Shown here piece by piece: positions 39,779-52,945 of a stretch of 64,000 nucleotides of DNA. The stretch's first letter is position 1; every line of letters begins with the position of its first letter. The DNA is from Kondoa subrosea (Eukaryota). Made by a program: the position numbers and the translations under genes. The stretch covers positions 186,001 through 250,000 of the forward strand of contig BCIN01000004.1 in assembly GCA_039545335.1 (NCBI GenBank), in the 5' to 3' direction. The notes under the pieces are model-generated. The model had not been told where the DNA came from, searched no databases, and saw nothing but the letters and a program-made list of their open reading frames with translations.

Positions 39779-40897
39779 ATGACAACCCCTTCTGAGAAAG
39801 CCTTCCTCTCAAATTTTCGCCGTTCCATGCAGCGCGCCAATACGATCTGGTCCACGCCTGGAGATTATGACGCTGCCAGAGACTCTGCTGGCATGTGGGA
39901 CAAAGTATCGGAGAACAAAGGTTTATTGTCTCAGGTCGTTGTCAACCAGGAACAAGCCCTCGCTGCCTTTTTTCATACTCTGCACGCCGCCATGCAGTAT
40001 TCGAAAGTAAGTCCAGAATTGCTAAATGCTGTCTATTCATCTTTATACCTTGTTTGATAGAAACAACCCAATGACAATAACCCGATCAAAGCTGGCCTTC
40101 GAGAGCGCATCATTGAGTTTGGGCCCACACCCGTCAAAAGACTTCTTCGTACCAGTGGTCTCGATCACACATCAATCCATTTGTGGATGATTCAATGTCT
40201 TTACTCGATTCAGGACAATATCAAGGACCGTAGATCGCAAGAGAATTACATCGCCTCTACTCATTACCCATCGCACGAAAGGAATCAGACAGGTGGCAAC
40301 AGGTGGCATACGCGTCGTATTGTCATGGCGAATGTATGTTTCACAATTTCGGAATCGTACGGATCTGATGAGCAAAGCCCGCAGTGCCACATGTTCAATC
40401 TATGGATGGGAATCTTTGTTGTTACCTTGTACTTCTGCGAAGGCGATCAACATGCGCAACGTGCGATCATGGAGGTTAGTTATGTCGTGATTGTGTCCTC
40501 AACACAGTGTTGACCTCGACTCTAGAAATCATTCAAGCTTATACACAACGAATTGCAACCAGTTCTTGTCTCGACTTACGAGTGTTGCAATACGACCGAC
40601 AGTGTCGCCTTTTGCAATGACGCCTCGCGTTACCTTCATGAGATTAATGATGCTGTAGAGTGGCTGCGCAGAGCCGAGTTCAACGCAAGCCGCCAACTTA
40701 AAGACGAAGGCCCCGCACCTGTCAGTCTCAACATACTCTACAATAATTATCGAAATGGTGATTCACAATTCAAGGTTTCGGCGGCCGTCGATCAATTCTT
40801 ATGGTGGGAAGAGAACGATACCTTGACACGGCGGCAGCAACAGGAAGAGTGGATGCGTCAATGGTATGGACCTGTTATTCAAAGGCCCCATGCTTAG
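39779..40897 (+). CDS. Orphan, probably helical, protein (~340 aa)
   Basis: Three exons join in frame via GT-AG introns (MTTPSEKAFL...YSK|KQPND...AIME|KSFKL...QRPHA*). Confidence 0.65.
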
Positions 40898-41540
40898 TGG
40901 AAAGCCTCCAATGGACGATGTCAAACATGCTTGTATTTGAACATTCATCTCTGCTTCTTTTTGTATTACACTTCTAGATCGCTATATGCATGCGTGAAAG
41001 TCTCACGTTTCTCTACGATGAGCGCTTTTCTTCTGCTCCGTTACTAAACTGCGTTATCACACCAACTGACACAAAATGTATTGTAGCAAGATCACAATGT
41101 CTCCAAGCCACTGCAGCGCTACCTTGAGATCTTCAAGCAAGGGTAGCAGACCGAAGTATCAGCCGGGGATTAGCCCGAGGCCGCTCTGAGTTCATGTCAT
41201 GATAGCGCCTTGATCTGATACCGCTATCTTCAAGAATCCCATATCTACTTGTAGACGTCTCTCACTGATATCAAATACCGTCCTCATCCGACTCAGCAAT
41301 CCTAGCCAGAACGAGCTTATCTCTTTTACCTAAATTTGAAATCCAGGAGCTTCTATCAAGATTACTCAAGCGGCGCGTCTGGGTAACAGACTTTGTACAT
41401 TCTCTATCAGACGCTCTACTTTTACTTTGCAGCCGAACACAGTGAGTAGAGCTAGCTCCAGTTGTAATTTCACACTAATGTATTGCTTGGCTTCCCCCTT
41501 TTCCTTACACAAGACTCGCTCTTCTCCCTATCGTACCATT

Positions 41541-42502
41541 ATGAACGGAAACGCCAAGAATATCATGAAATCGCCTTTGGCTGATTATCAAGGACAGAAG
41601 GAAATCAATGTTGGTCACATCTTCACCCCAAAATATTTCTTATTCATTAATGTTTGGATGAACGGTGACAGCCTTTGGATAAAATGTTGGATTACAATTC
41701 CGCTTGGGCATCTAGAGCGGATGCGAAACTTTTAGCTCAAAACGCAAAAGGTCAATCACCCAAAGTCCTTTGGCTCGGTTGTGCGGATTCTAGAATCCCA
41801 GAAAGTTTGTTATGCGGTACAGCTCCTGGTGAAGTTTTTGTTCATGTAAGTTTTCCCAATAGGTTGTATAGTAGAAGACTGATCGAGGTTAAATATAGCG
41901 CAATATCGCAAATTGCTTTCATCCTGGAGATCCATCAGCTACTGCTGTACTAGCCTATGCAATCGAACATCTCGGTGTGGAGCATGTAGTAGTAGTAGGA
42001 CACTAGTAAATTTTCCCCTTCTCTCTTCTTGTCCATAAATCCCTAATCTCAATTGCTTTGTGAAACAGCGGTTGTGGTGGTATTAAAGCAGCTATGGCTC
42101 AAGCTAGAGAAAGAACAGCAGCTAAAACTTCTTCCAACTCCTCGGATTCTCCTCCAGCAACTTATATTTCACCACCAGACAAAGACGATCAAGGTTCAAC
42201 TTCCATTTCTCATTGGTTGGCACCTATTAGAAGTTTGGCTTTAGCTCAATTAAAAACTTCTACGAATGATATGAGCGAAGAAGAAGCTGAAAGATTATTG
42301 GTTAGAACACATTGCTGTGCTCAGGTTGCGAATATTGAAAGTAGCGGAATTGTGGAGAAAGCTGCTAGAGAAGGGAAAAAGATTGCTGTTGATGGTTGGG
42401 TTTATGATATTGGTACTGGAAGACTCAAGGATTTGGTTAGTGTCTTAAATTTCCGCGAGACACTACAAGTTGAACTGACACGGTGTGTATTAGAACGTCT
42501 GA
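41541..42502 (+). CDS. NCE103: Beta-class carbonic anhydrase
   Basis: KGQSPKVLWLGCADSRIPE, PGEVFVH|RNIAN, YAIEHLGVEHVVVVGHY|GCGG, GWVYDIGTG. Confidence 0.93.
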
Positions 42503-42985
42503 GTGCATTCGGATATTTGTCATTTATGGCATGAAATAAAGCGGAAGACAGAGTAGAAAGCTACGACAATAATTGAGCGAAAGAGAGAAACAAATTGCGT
42601 TGTAGAAAGGTCTTGGAATTTTAGTAAAAAGTAATTGAAGATTTCTTTGTCAGTCGGCACGATGTTCCTATCTATAGACGAGCAGAGACCAACGAGCGCA
42701 GAGAGCAGAACAACAAATGTTCAAAGACATATGAAAGACTACAAAAAGGCAAGCAGGTAAAATGGAGTACGATAGCGAATAGCAGGGTATGCAAGGACGA
42801 TTCGCGATGCAAAAAAAAGAAAAACAAAGTTGAGAAAGAGTTGTTTCGAAAGCCCAAGTTACAGCAACGCGCCCATATGACCTGACTTTGTTCGACTGTT
42901 CCACATTCCAATATAGTTATGCAATTAGCTGTGAGCGTGACGAAGAGGTGGTAAGCAACGCATTGCTTTGACACCCTTCGAAGAC

Positions 42986-43845
42986 TCACTCCTCTTCCTC
43001 TTCTTCGGCGTCATCACCACCCTTCTCGGCTGAAGCAGCGGCCTTCGCACGCTTGCGCTTAACTCTTCCTGCACGAGCACCACCGAATGGTGAAGTGAGA
43101 GCGAAGTCAATGTGCTGTTGATCGAGCACAAGCGCAAGATAAGCATTCATCTACTGGAACCTGCGACGTCGGACCAACCTTTTGGGAGTCTAGACGAACA
43201 ACGAAAGAAGGAACATTGACAATCTGTTTGCCAACTCTAATGTGCCTTTGACGGATAAGGACTCTAGCGTGGTGAATGGATTTAGCCAAACCGGATTTGA
43301 AAACTTGAGTTTGTAGACGACGTTCCAAGAAATCTTCAACTTTCAAAGCCAAGCAGTAATCCAGTCTCATTCTGGTTTCATCGAGCACACCAATTCGGAC
43401 TAGACGTCTGTTCATGGAGGAAGCATGGCATGAGCATAGAAAGAACGCAAATACCACTTGTCCCAAGACGAACCTGATCAAAGCGTTACCCTCAAACAAT
43501 CTCTTTGGGTCTTTATCTTCCAACTTGAGCAATTCACGAGCAGCTCTTCGAATTTTAGAAAGAGTTAAAGAAATTCGCCAAATTTCTCTCTTGTTGCGTA
43601 AACCGTATTCACCGGCCAACTTGAGTTCAGCATCCAATCGTGGACTGCACACGAAGAAAGAAAGAGACTTTTGAGTCTAACGTATATAAAATACGGCTTG
43701 AAGGATCAAGATAGCTCACGCTTCAAAAGGTCGCCTATGCATAAAGAGATCAGCATTGTATACAGGGACAGAGAGGTCAGAGGAGGAGGTTAGCTTGCCT
43801 GGGCACTTTTGCTACCTTGCTGTGTGCTCTTGGTGCTGAAACCAT
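42986..43845 (-). CDS. RPS9: 40S ribosomal protein S9 (uS4)
   Basis: VPRRPFE...[22 protein letters not shown]...[31 protein letters not shown]. Confidence 0.98.
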
Positions 43846-44525
43846 CTTGAATTAGTCTGTGAACAAGAGAAATAGCGAGATTGAGTACAAGTCCAAGGTT
43901 TGCTGGGAATCTCTGAAAGCGTACGAGCTGCTTGCAAGGGAACGAGAGGGTATGATCAGCTAAGGCGTGTAGCAGGTATAGCTTGAGGCTCACGAAGATG
44001 AGATGAGGACAAGGGAAGACCACAAATTCGGCTACAAAGCGAAACTTTTGGTGGCGAATTCGGTCAACTTCAGTTAGAGAGTTTGCCTTTGTATTCTGCT
44101 GTTGCTTGCCTCCCACTCGTCCTAACCCGTGAGTTGACATTGCGTGTGCTGGAACAGAGGAAATCCATATACCCTGCCTGAACATCAAGCAAAATTGGCA
44201 TCCATTGCAAATTTATGCAAGACCAATCAAAGCCATACAAGCGCTGGTGCTAGCTTCCAGCACAGTCTGCTCTATGCATACACTGTCAAGCAAGAGAAAC
44301 TACCCTTCCAGCTAGCTTTTGGGGCTACGAATTCAGCTCGACAATTGCCTTGAAGGGAATAGCATGCCAACCTTCTATCTCCAATGACTGTACCGATACC
44401 AACAATCTTCAATGTTCCTTCTTTCTTTCTTTCTTAATACATTGCGGCAGACATTTCAACAGAACAATCGCTCATGTTGCCTTATATTTGCTTTTTGACA
44501 GATTTCATCTTAGAAACCTTGCGAG

Positions 44526-45364
44526 ATGCCTCACTCTTTCGGTTACAGAGCGCGTACGCGGTTAGTCTCTCCTTCTCTTTACCCTTGTGTGTGGCAAGGT
44601 CTCATTGTGCAAATGCAGCGACATGTTCAAGCGTGGTTTCAAGCAAACTGGACCAATCAAGCTTTCTACCTATTTGAGAGCTTACCATGTTGGTGATATC
44701 GTTGATATCAAAGCCAACGCAGCAGAACAAAAGGGCATGGTCAGTACTCCCCTCTAACATTAACAACATACAGTTGCTAATGTTAGGTGATTTGACAGCC
44801 GCATAAATACTACCATGGCAGAACTGGAATCGTTTACAACGTCACGCCAAGAGCTGTAGGAGTTATCATTCACAAAGTTGTCGGAAACCGCTACATGGAA
44901 AAACGTGTAAACTTGAGGGTCGAGCATGGTTTGTCTTTTGTCCTTCGTCAATCAGTGTAGGACTGATGTGGGACCCTTTGATGAACAGTCAAGCACTCCA
45001 AGTGCCGAGATGGTCCGTGTGAAAGCTAGAGAAGCATATCATTGTGCTTACGTCGCTTTCGTTTTGGACAGATTTCCTTAACCGAGTAAAGGAGAACGCA
45101 TTGAAGAAGAAGGAAGCCAAGGCAAAGGGCGGTTCGTTGCTCTCTCTTTGTGTTACCCTGTTCTATAATCTGATTTGCATTGTACGAAAACAGAATTCGT
45201 TCAACTCAAGCGTCTGCCTGCTGCACCAAGGGAAGCGAGAACTGTCTCAGTTACCGCTGCAACAAAACCAGAGACTATCGTCGCTCTACCTTACGAGACG
45301 TGAGCATTCCTTTGCGTTTATACACTGACCGATTGCTAATTTCATCATGCACAGCTTCATTTGA
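44526..45364 (+). CDS. RPL21: 60S ribosomal protein L21 (eL21)
   Basis: [19 protein letters not shown]...[34 protein letters not shown]...[16 protein letters not shown]. Confidence 0.97.
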
Positions 45365-45692
45365 TTTGGTTTCTTTGGAGAACGGGAATGTATTGCTGTA
45401 TCGGTTAACGCGGGACATAGAAGTCATCGAGTATCGTTCTACAATGCATTTTCGATCGAGTTGCATGTCTTCCATCGAGTGACAAAGTACAAGTCCAGTA
45501 TATTCGAGTGGGCAAGACTACATTATGCGATGCTTTTCCAATTCTGATTCCTCTCATCTCTCCTATACACCTATCCGATCCCACTCTCTCTCTTCTTCCA
45601 GCTCATGTGAACCATTTACTCCTTCAACCCGCTAGTGAAACATTGTCAGGATAAAAGCCCAAAGACAAATATTTGCTTCCTGAACGAACGCA

Positions 45693-46183
45693 CTAGAGTT
45701 CCTCCTTTGTCTGTAAACCGAGTTCTTTCCTGATACTCTCAGTCTCCTTCAAATAATCACCATACTGAGTCTTGTTTTCAACCTTCTCTTTCAAACCTTC
45801 AAAGATTCTAACCGCTGTTGAAAAATCGTTTACTCTTCTAGCAGCTTTCAAAGCAGATTCAACTACATTGGTAGCAGGTACTAAATCGTAAGCGAAACAA
45901 TTGTTTAGTCCTCTTTGTAATTCAAACAAGTCGTCAACTGAATCGAAAAATTTGGTATAGCGAGCGTTGAAAGCTTCATAGGATTCTGCTTCATGACCTG
46001 CGTCGTGTGCTAATCTGATTCCTATAAGTCATCCGCGAGGATCAATCAGTATGGACGGGGAGTGGTGTCCATAAAGTGAGAAGACGAACCGCCTAATCGC
46101 AATGGCTGGAGAGCTAACGTTGACGGTCTTGCTAGGTTTATAGGTGCCAGACGAGTACGGGCGATAGAGCGTAGGACCACCAT
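45693..46183 (-). CDS. COX6: Cytochrome c oxidase subunit VI (COX5A family)
   Basis: Arg-rich presequence; DLFELQRGLNNCFAYDLVP...ALKAARRVNDFSTAVRIFEGLKEKVEN. Confidence 0.95.
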
Positions 46184-46873
46184 GTTTTGAAAGGGAGATT
46201 GTAGAAAGAGGTCACGGTGTTCGGGAAAGCTTGGAAATCGCTGAATCAATGCAATGGCTGCCTTGTCCCTGTACAACGGCCCTTAGCTATCTGTATACGG
46301 TTGTCTGCTTGTGTCTGTTACTGTAGTACAGTCTATAAGCCGGATTGTCCCTTTCCGTTTCTGGAAGCCTTTCATTACAAAGTCATGGCACTTCATTAGG
46401 CCCCTGCAGCAGATCAATTGCCGTCTGTTGCTATATGTAGCTGTGCGTGTACCACGAGTTGGCCTGCATACTCTGCCATGTATTCCACTTTGCTTTTCTC
46501 ACCCCTTGCATGACTTCAGATCGTCAATGCCTTCCCTTGCCCTTTTCTCGTTCCTTCATAACACAAAGACTGTGCTCATAAGTCAAACATGTCCTAAATG
46601 GTCGTACCATGCCCTACACGTGTACAATCCGTTCTGTCCTGGTACCTTCATAATCAGGACTCCTGCCAGCCGTCTACCTTGATAAAGGGCCACGACTTTC
46701 CAGCTAATCATGCCATGGCCTGGAACAAGAACAAGGCTTTCACTTACTCCATTCCTTACTAATGCAGGAACTGTTTCAATTCTCAACATTCCTGTTCAGC
46801 ATCTCTCTTTAAATTTCTTGACTAAGCTAAATCCTCTTTCTCTTATTTTTGCTTAAAGCAACAGTTTTATACC

Positions 46874-47689
46874 ATGCCTTGCTCTAAGAAGGCTCGATCT
46901 ATACCTTCTTCCCCTAGCCTTGGTAAATCACCTAGAATTGGAATCCTTTCTATACTCAAACATAAGAAAGGCAGCAAGAGTGAAGATGAGGATGGGTTTG
47001 AATGGAAGTGTGTAGGTGAAGACTTGGAGGATAACTTTAATTGGCCCTCTTCTACTTGGAGTGAGACTGTAAGTCATTCTAGTTGGAAGAAGGAGAAAGC
47101 TGATTTTACAATGAAATAGGCTATGGATATCCAAGCTCAACTGAATTATCAAATCAACAGCTGTCCTTCAACTCCTTCTCTATCTCACAATCGCAATTCA
47201 TCAAACAGTTCTTCAGACTCATCTTATTTCTCACCAATCGATTCATATCAATCAACTTATACTGCTCCTATATCTACTACCTCTACATCGACCTCCTCAA
47301 CTTCCGTTCTTAAACCTGAACAATCATTAGCTTCTCCTCAACTTATACCAACCGCTTTACATCCTTCAAATTTAAGCAAATCTCTTCTTCCTTCTCTTGA
47401 TCCTTCGTATACAACAACTATCTCTTCTACGACCGGGAAAGAAGGAGAAGAAGAAGGGTATGAAGCAGTTGCGGAAACTATCAATACCTATTTCTCAACT
47501 TTCCAATTTCCGAAACACAACAATAAAGAGATTCTTGTTGCAAGGAAGATTATCGGAGTAGAGGAATTCTCAAGGAAACCTTTACCGCCTTTACCTAGTT
47601 TTGTTAGGATTGAAATGGGAAAAAATCAAGTGTTGTCAAAGAAGATCAGGAATCGATCTATTGAGATTTGTAAGAGTGAATTGCTCTGA
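46874..47689 (+). CDS. Hypothetical Ser/Thr-rich protein
   Basis: Two track ORFs joined in frame by intron 47069-47119 (gtaagt...aaatag). Confidence 0.55.
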
Positions 47690-47832
47690 CTCTCTGCAAA
47701 GACATGAGAGGGAAAGAGTGTCTTGTCTTGGGCGAAGATTGTAATACGGACTTTTGAAGTGAGGTAGAAACCCTGTCTGTATATAAGCATTGATAATTTA
47801 TTGAATTTCACTCTAGCCTCCAAACTACTGCT

Positions 47833-49083
47833 TTATAGAGCGACTACCAATTTCTGACCCGATACTCCTTTGCGCATCATATCCACAGCAACTTGGACAA
47901 ATTCCAAACCCTTGCCAACTACAACGACCTGAGGGAAATCAGATTTGATAGTCCCAGCTTCCATTGCGGCAGGTAACCATTCAGACATAATCTTCTGACC
48001 CACATCAGGTTCGCTTTGGAAACCAGGGAAAGGTATATCGGGATAGATTTGGGTTGAAAGAGCTGTCAGGAGTACAAAAGGGATTTAGCTTATTATGAAT
48101 CATCAAGGTAGAGCAAACAAAGATCGCTCACCACCGCAGACTCTCACATTGCTAGGTAAACCCTCGCGCTCAACTCTCGGGTTAGCTGAAGCGACAGGTG
48201 AATTCTCTACTTTCAGTTGACCTGCAACCAAAGCAGCTTGAAGCGGTTGAGTATAATCTTGGAAAGCCACAAAAGCGCCAGCATAGTCTTGCTCCCGTCC
48301 TTTGATAATAGCAACAATATCTTCGATGACAGAAGGACTACTGTAGTCAACAGTATGCTTTGCTCCTAGTGATTTGAGAGAAGCAAAGTGTTTGCTGCTA
48401 GAAGTTGTGATGCATTCGTAACCAGCTTGAGTAGCCATTTGCAAAGCGGCAGTACCGACGGATGATGCAGCTGACCAAATAAGCAGAAGTTTACCATTTG
48501 ATTTGGCCGTTGAGACAGAAGGGTAAGATAGAGCCAGATTTGCTTTCTGGAAAAGAGCAGCGGCGGCAGTAGCTGTTGCCAAAGGTCTATATTGTACGTT
48601 CAACAGGAATACTTGTTCGATCCGAGAGGACTCACAAAGCTGCTGCATCGGTAAAAGACCATTTCTCCGGGATCTTGTACACTAGAGCTGTAGGTAGAAC
48701 AGTATAGTCTTGAAACCCGGTCTTATCGATTCCGTGCTTGGCGAAAAAGCCAGGAGCCATAGCCGCAACTCTGTCGCCGACCTTGAAATCTTGTACGCCA
48801 GTTCCGACTTCTGATATGATGCCTGCGATATCTGCTCCAGCAACCCAGGGCATCTCGGGAACAGGCAGCTTCCCGTCCTGCACGCAGCGTCAGTCATGTA
48901 TGAGCCGAAAGCAGTCAGATGTAGACGTACTAATTGATATAAGTCTGCTGGATTGACAGCACATGCATGATTGCGAATCTTGACTTGACCTTCTGCAACA
49001 GTATGATTTGCAGCTTCGCCAACTCGAAGCGGTTGCCCAGCTGCATCTAAGAAAGCGGCGAGACGAGTTGTAGTAGAAGTCAT
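47833..49083 (-). CDS. MDR-family (GroES-like/NAD(P)-binding) oxidoreductase, enoyl-reductase-like
   Basis: VKIRNHACAVNPAD, PWVAGADIAGIISEVGTGV, FKVGDRV, GFQDY, LLIWSAASSVG, LGAKHTVDY, GVSGQKLVV. Confidence 0.9.
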
Positions 49084-49473
49084 AGTAAGTGATATCGAGA
49101 TTATAAGAAGAAGAAGGAGCAAAGCATTGGTGAAGCTTCGTGGTCAAGGATATAAGGCTCGAACGGCCTTAAGCTTTCAGTAAGCAGGCATTCGTAACAC
49201 AACCGGCAATTCAGTCAATTACTAAGCAGCAGCACGTGGCAGAAGAGAAGCAGAGAAGGACAAAGCGTGAAGAGGAGTCCCCGTACGGACAGGCAGGTTT
49301 TCGTTTGACAACGTTGACAGAATATGCTTCTATGGTTGGTGGTGAAAGACTGCTCATGGGGAAAGTTACAAAGTGCGACGCGAATCACTAGCCTATATGA
49401 TACAATTCACACGAAACACAGCGATATGCAAGCGTACACGGTATAGCCCTCTCTCATAGTTCCGAATCGGACT

Positions 49474-51281
49474 TCAAGTATTCTTCTTCTTCAAGAAGTT
49501 CGATAGCTGTAGAGACGGACGATCAGTTCCAGCTGGACGAAGATTTGTCGCAGGACTTACATCTCCAACAGGTAGAGGGCTATCAGATCAATTGATAAGC
49601 AAGTACTTGCTTTCAACATGTAATTACTTACCAAGGGAATCCGGTTGAGCCGAGCAAAAGAACCACCAGAAGATACTAGGGCAGAAGAAAGATAAGATCG
49701 CTTCAACTAAAGTCAACGATTTGCTCACCCAGCCGCAGAGTGTACTAGAGACAATACTTAGCGAGAGCATTGTTTCGATGATTAGAAGACTTACGTCAAA
49801 AATCCGAAAGCACCTGAGAATGGCTTCAGAACACGTATTTCTGTTGACCTCCGAAGCTTACCTCCAGCAATCAACAGAGTATTAGCGTATGAAGCATTGC
49901 CATCTGTACATTCTTGAATCGATGCTGCAATGCAGACACAGACGAGAATGAAGACGCACAGGAGAGGTTGAAGTATGCTGCCGCAAGCAGATAGAAGGTG
50001 ATCTCCAGAACAAAGAAGAGAAGCTGTGTGCACTAGATATCAGGAACACCATTTGACAATGTTGTCAATAGCACCTACGGCGAAGACCACCTGTTAGTCG
50101 AGATAGCAAGGGCTGAGCACACAGGGTTACACTATCGAAGAGGCTATCTACATTCGTACGAAGCGAGGCGACCAGCTAGGAGATGAGATCGAGACTTCAA
50201 CATTGGCGCTTCTTCGGTGTTGTTGCAACTAACCAGAATAAAAACATAAACTCCCCAGCAAACGAGATAGATCGCTATGCCTGCATTGAATTGAGGGTCT
50301 TCGGCGCCTCGTGTGTACGCTCCAGTGAGGTTTTGTATAGCTGGTGAATTTGTCAGCCCGTCTAAACGGAAGCTTGGTTAATTGCATACGCGAGTTGATG
50401 AAGCCCTGTAACACGCTGATAAGTTTGTACGCTTGACGTTCTCAAATGACTCACAAAGGTAGTCCAGAAACCGCCTGCGCGTAGGTGTCAGTGTTTCCTT
50501 TGATTTGGTCAACGAAATCTCACCAAACGAAAAGAAGACAACTACAGTCTAGTCAACGCCCGTACTATTGCGTTCGCGAGTTGCTTACCAAATGGGAAAG
50601 TATTCTGTCAGCACTGAAGGTAAGAATGTGATCAGAATCCAAGAGAACCTTCTCACTCCGAGGATGAATTCAAGCAAACCAGCTACATATAAACCAACAC
50701 CTCCGATCAGAATGAAGGATCTGTAGCAACATGATCAGTATTATACTTATTGAGAAAGCAAGTTTGACTTGCCCAGCATTGGACGTATTGCTGTTCGCGG
50801 TAGCGTTTCCAAAGCTTTTGTAAATATCAGCAGTGGGCCCTTCGCAGATCACGAACACTTACCCCATCAGGAAACACGACACAGGCGTCAAGCATAGCCT
50901 CGTAATGAGGCATTAGTTCAGTGCAAACGTAAGCTTATAAGGGAAAGCTCACAAGAAAGAAATCAATCCCAGTGCGGCTATTCGAGCATTAGCCAAGTGA
51001 GGAGCACTTTCACAGACGTACTAGGGTTTCCTAGTCGCTTGGATAGGTCTCCTTTCGATGCTGTACCACCCTGACCGAAGGAATGAGCTCATTACAGACG
51101 ACGCGTTACAAGCTCGCATACTGGTTGGAGATAGAGCCGCCTGTGGAAAGGATGTCAGTAGTGACATGACAATGGTCATGCTAGTGGCTTACTCGAATTG
51201 CTCATTGGTCAATTGTACCGAGAGTTGTCGACCAATTGGACCTCCCGCTTCTAAACCTGCTTGTTTGTCTTGAGCTGCCAT
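49474..51281 (-). CDS. ADY2: GPR1/FUN34/YaaH acetate transporter (~21 exons)
   Basis: Spliced QFERLYLQP...LGNPTALGLISF...LEFILGNTFPFVVFFSFGGFW...SLRTNVVF...GGAFGF...PLPVGDLS. Confidence 0.85.
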
Positions 51282-51961
51282 TGTATGCCAGTGGTAATTA
51301 GTTGTTGATGCGAGAGAGAAAGGTTGGATAGGGAAAGGAGAGTGCGGGGCTCTACTCGGGGCTCTTTCGACATGAACAGGAAAGACGTGCCTGACCAGCA
51401 TAACGCGACTCGCGTTGAAGCTCAATGAAATCAGACTAGGAAGATAGTACCAGTGCAGCATGCATCCTCATGTCTGACGCAAGCAGCTGGCGGCTGTAGC
51501 TTTACGACGCGCCCTCTACACAAGGGTATATTGAACTTTGGGAAAGGGGGACAAGCCCTATTCTGCAGAGCATGACGTTCATAGAGCAGTAGATGCTCAC
51601 ACGTGTAGAACGCAGAAAAGGAGAGCAAGCATGATTTTGACATTGCCAGCAGAATCTATCAAATGCAAGGTGCCAGCACGACTTGTCTCAAGTATTCCGA
51701 GTGGTACGAAGTAAGTCCAGATAAGATATAACAGGCAGGAGTCATCGTTTCGGTGCTTCGAGCGAAATCTGGCAAATTCATGTCTGCGATACAATGACGC
51801 TAGTATTTCGCCTCGTAGAATCCTGGGCTACTTCTGCGATGAGACTCATTGCTGTCGCAGTACTTTTATATCGCTTTGTCAGCGCTTACGTAAAATGTAA
51901 ATGACGTCCTCAGTCGAGACCCTGCTTATCCCAAACCATCATCACCTAAACAGAAAACACC

Positions 51962-52516
51962 ATGGACGCACTGAAAGGATTCGGTAAGTGTGCTAGTATC
52001 AGACATGTGCAAAGCTAACGTGACAGTGTCCTAAGCTTCTAAAATGGGCTCAAGTGGAAACAGCAACACTTCTGACCCTACCAGCACTGGTACTGCAGGT
52101 GGAGAGTGAGTTCCATTGCTACTCAATCCTGCTTGCTCAAGCTCATGGCATTGATAGCCCAACAACTACCGCTTCTGGACCAGAAGTCCAAGGACAAGCT
52201 GCTGACAAAGGCGACTTCCTTGATCAAGGGTGAGCGTGCTCTGATGAGCGTGTGCATCATTTGGCTGATGTACATGAATAGTGTTGGTATGGCTGGAAAG
52301 CACTTTGGAAAGAACTTTGACAGACAAACTGAGTGAGTTCCACAATTTGCTTTGATGCACGCATTCCTGACACATGCCTCCAGAGAAAAATATTCAGATG
52401 GCATCAGAGTGCGTCCTTCTTCTTTGCTAATCTTCACCTTTGTTGAAAAGTTGTTTCAACAGACTGCTTATGGCAAAGCTTCTGGAGGTGGAACTCTAGG
52501 TCAAGACAAGAACTAA
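51962..52516 (+). CDS. Small hydrophilic stress-type protein, paralog A
   Basis: MDALKGF|...DKGDFLDQ|GVGMAGKHFGKNFDRQTE|EKYSDGIR|TAYGKASGGGTLGQDKN*. Confidence 0.75.
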
Positions 52517-52945
52517 GCGCTGCAAATCGTTGCTGTACTTCTTTTAGGACTCGTTATGCTATGCAATCAAAGGCGAAGCTGCCATGTAAACTTATGCTTA
52601 CTGGACATTGTTAGGACGCTTGACACTTTCCGTTTTGGTTCGATCAAGCTTGAGAAGACCTTCGTTGTGCATCCAATACTACTACAACGCCTGAGAGTCG
52701 TGGGAGAATTGTCCCACAATCATCAACCTGACATAACGCGTGACAACGTGTGACGCGTGCGAGTTGCCTTAAGCGACGACTTCCCTTTGTACTCGAACGT
52801 GGATGGAGTAGTATGGCAGCCTTGCCAACTAGACATTACTACTGTCACCTTCACGAATTAGGCTGTATCGATTGAAGCTTGAATCCCAGAGTCTCGAACA
52901 TTTCATTTTCTTTTCCTCTTGTTTTGAACGTATCTACTGCTCAAC

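Noticed and set aside
46026..46092. Apparent GC donor (gcggtt) in the COX6 intron
   Set aside because: A GT donor (gttcgt) three bases further in is in the same frame and is a common donor type in this window.
47117..47125. Stop-codon readthrough between ORFs 46874-47119 and 47123-47689
   Set aside because: The TAG is the 3' end of a canonical intron (47069-47119).
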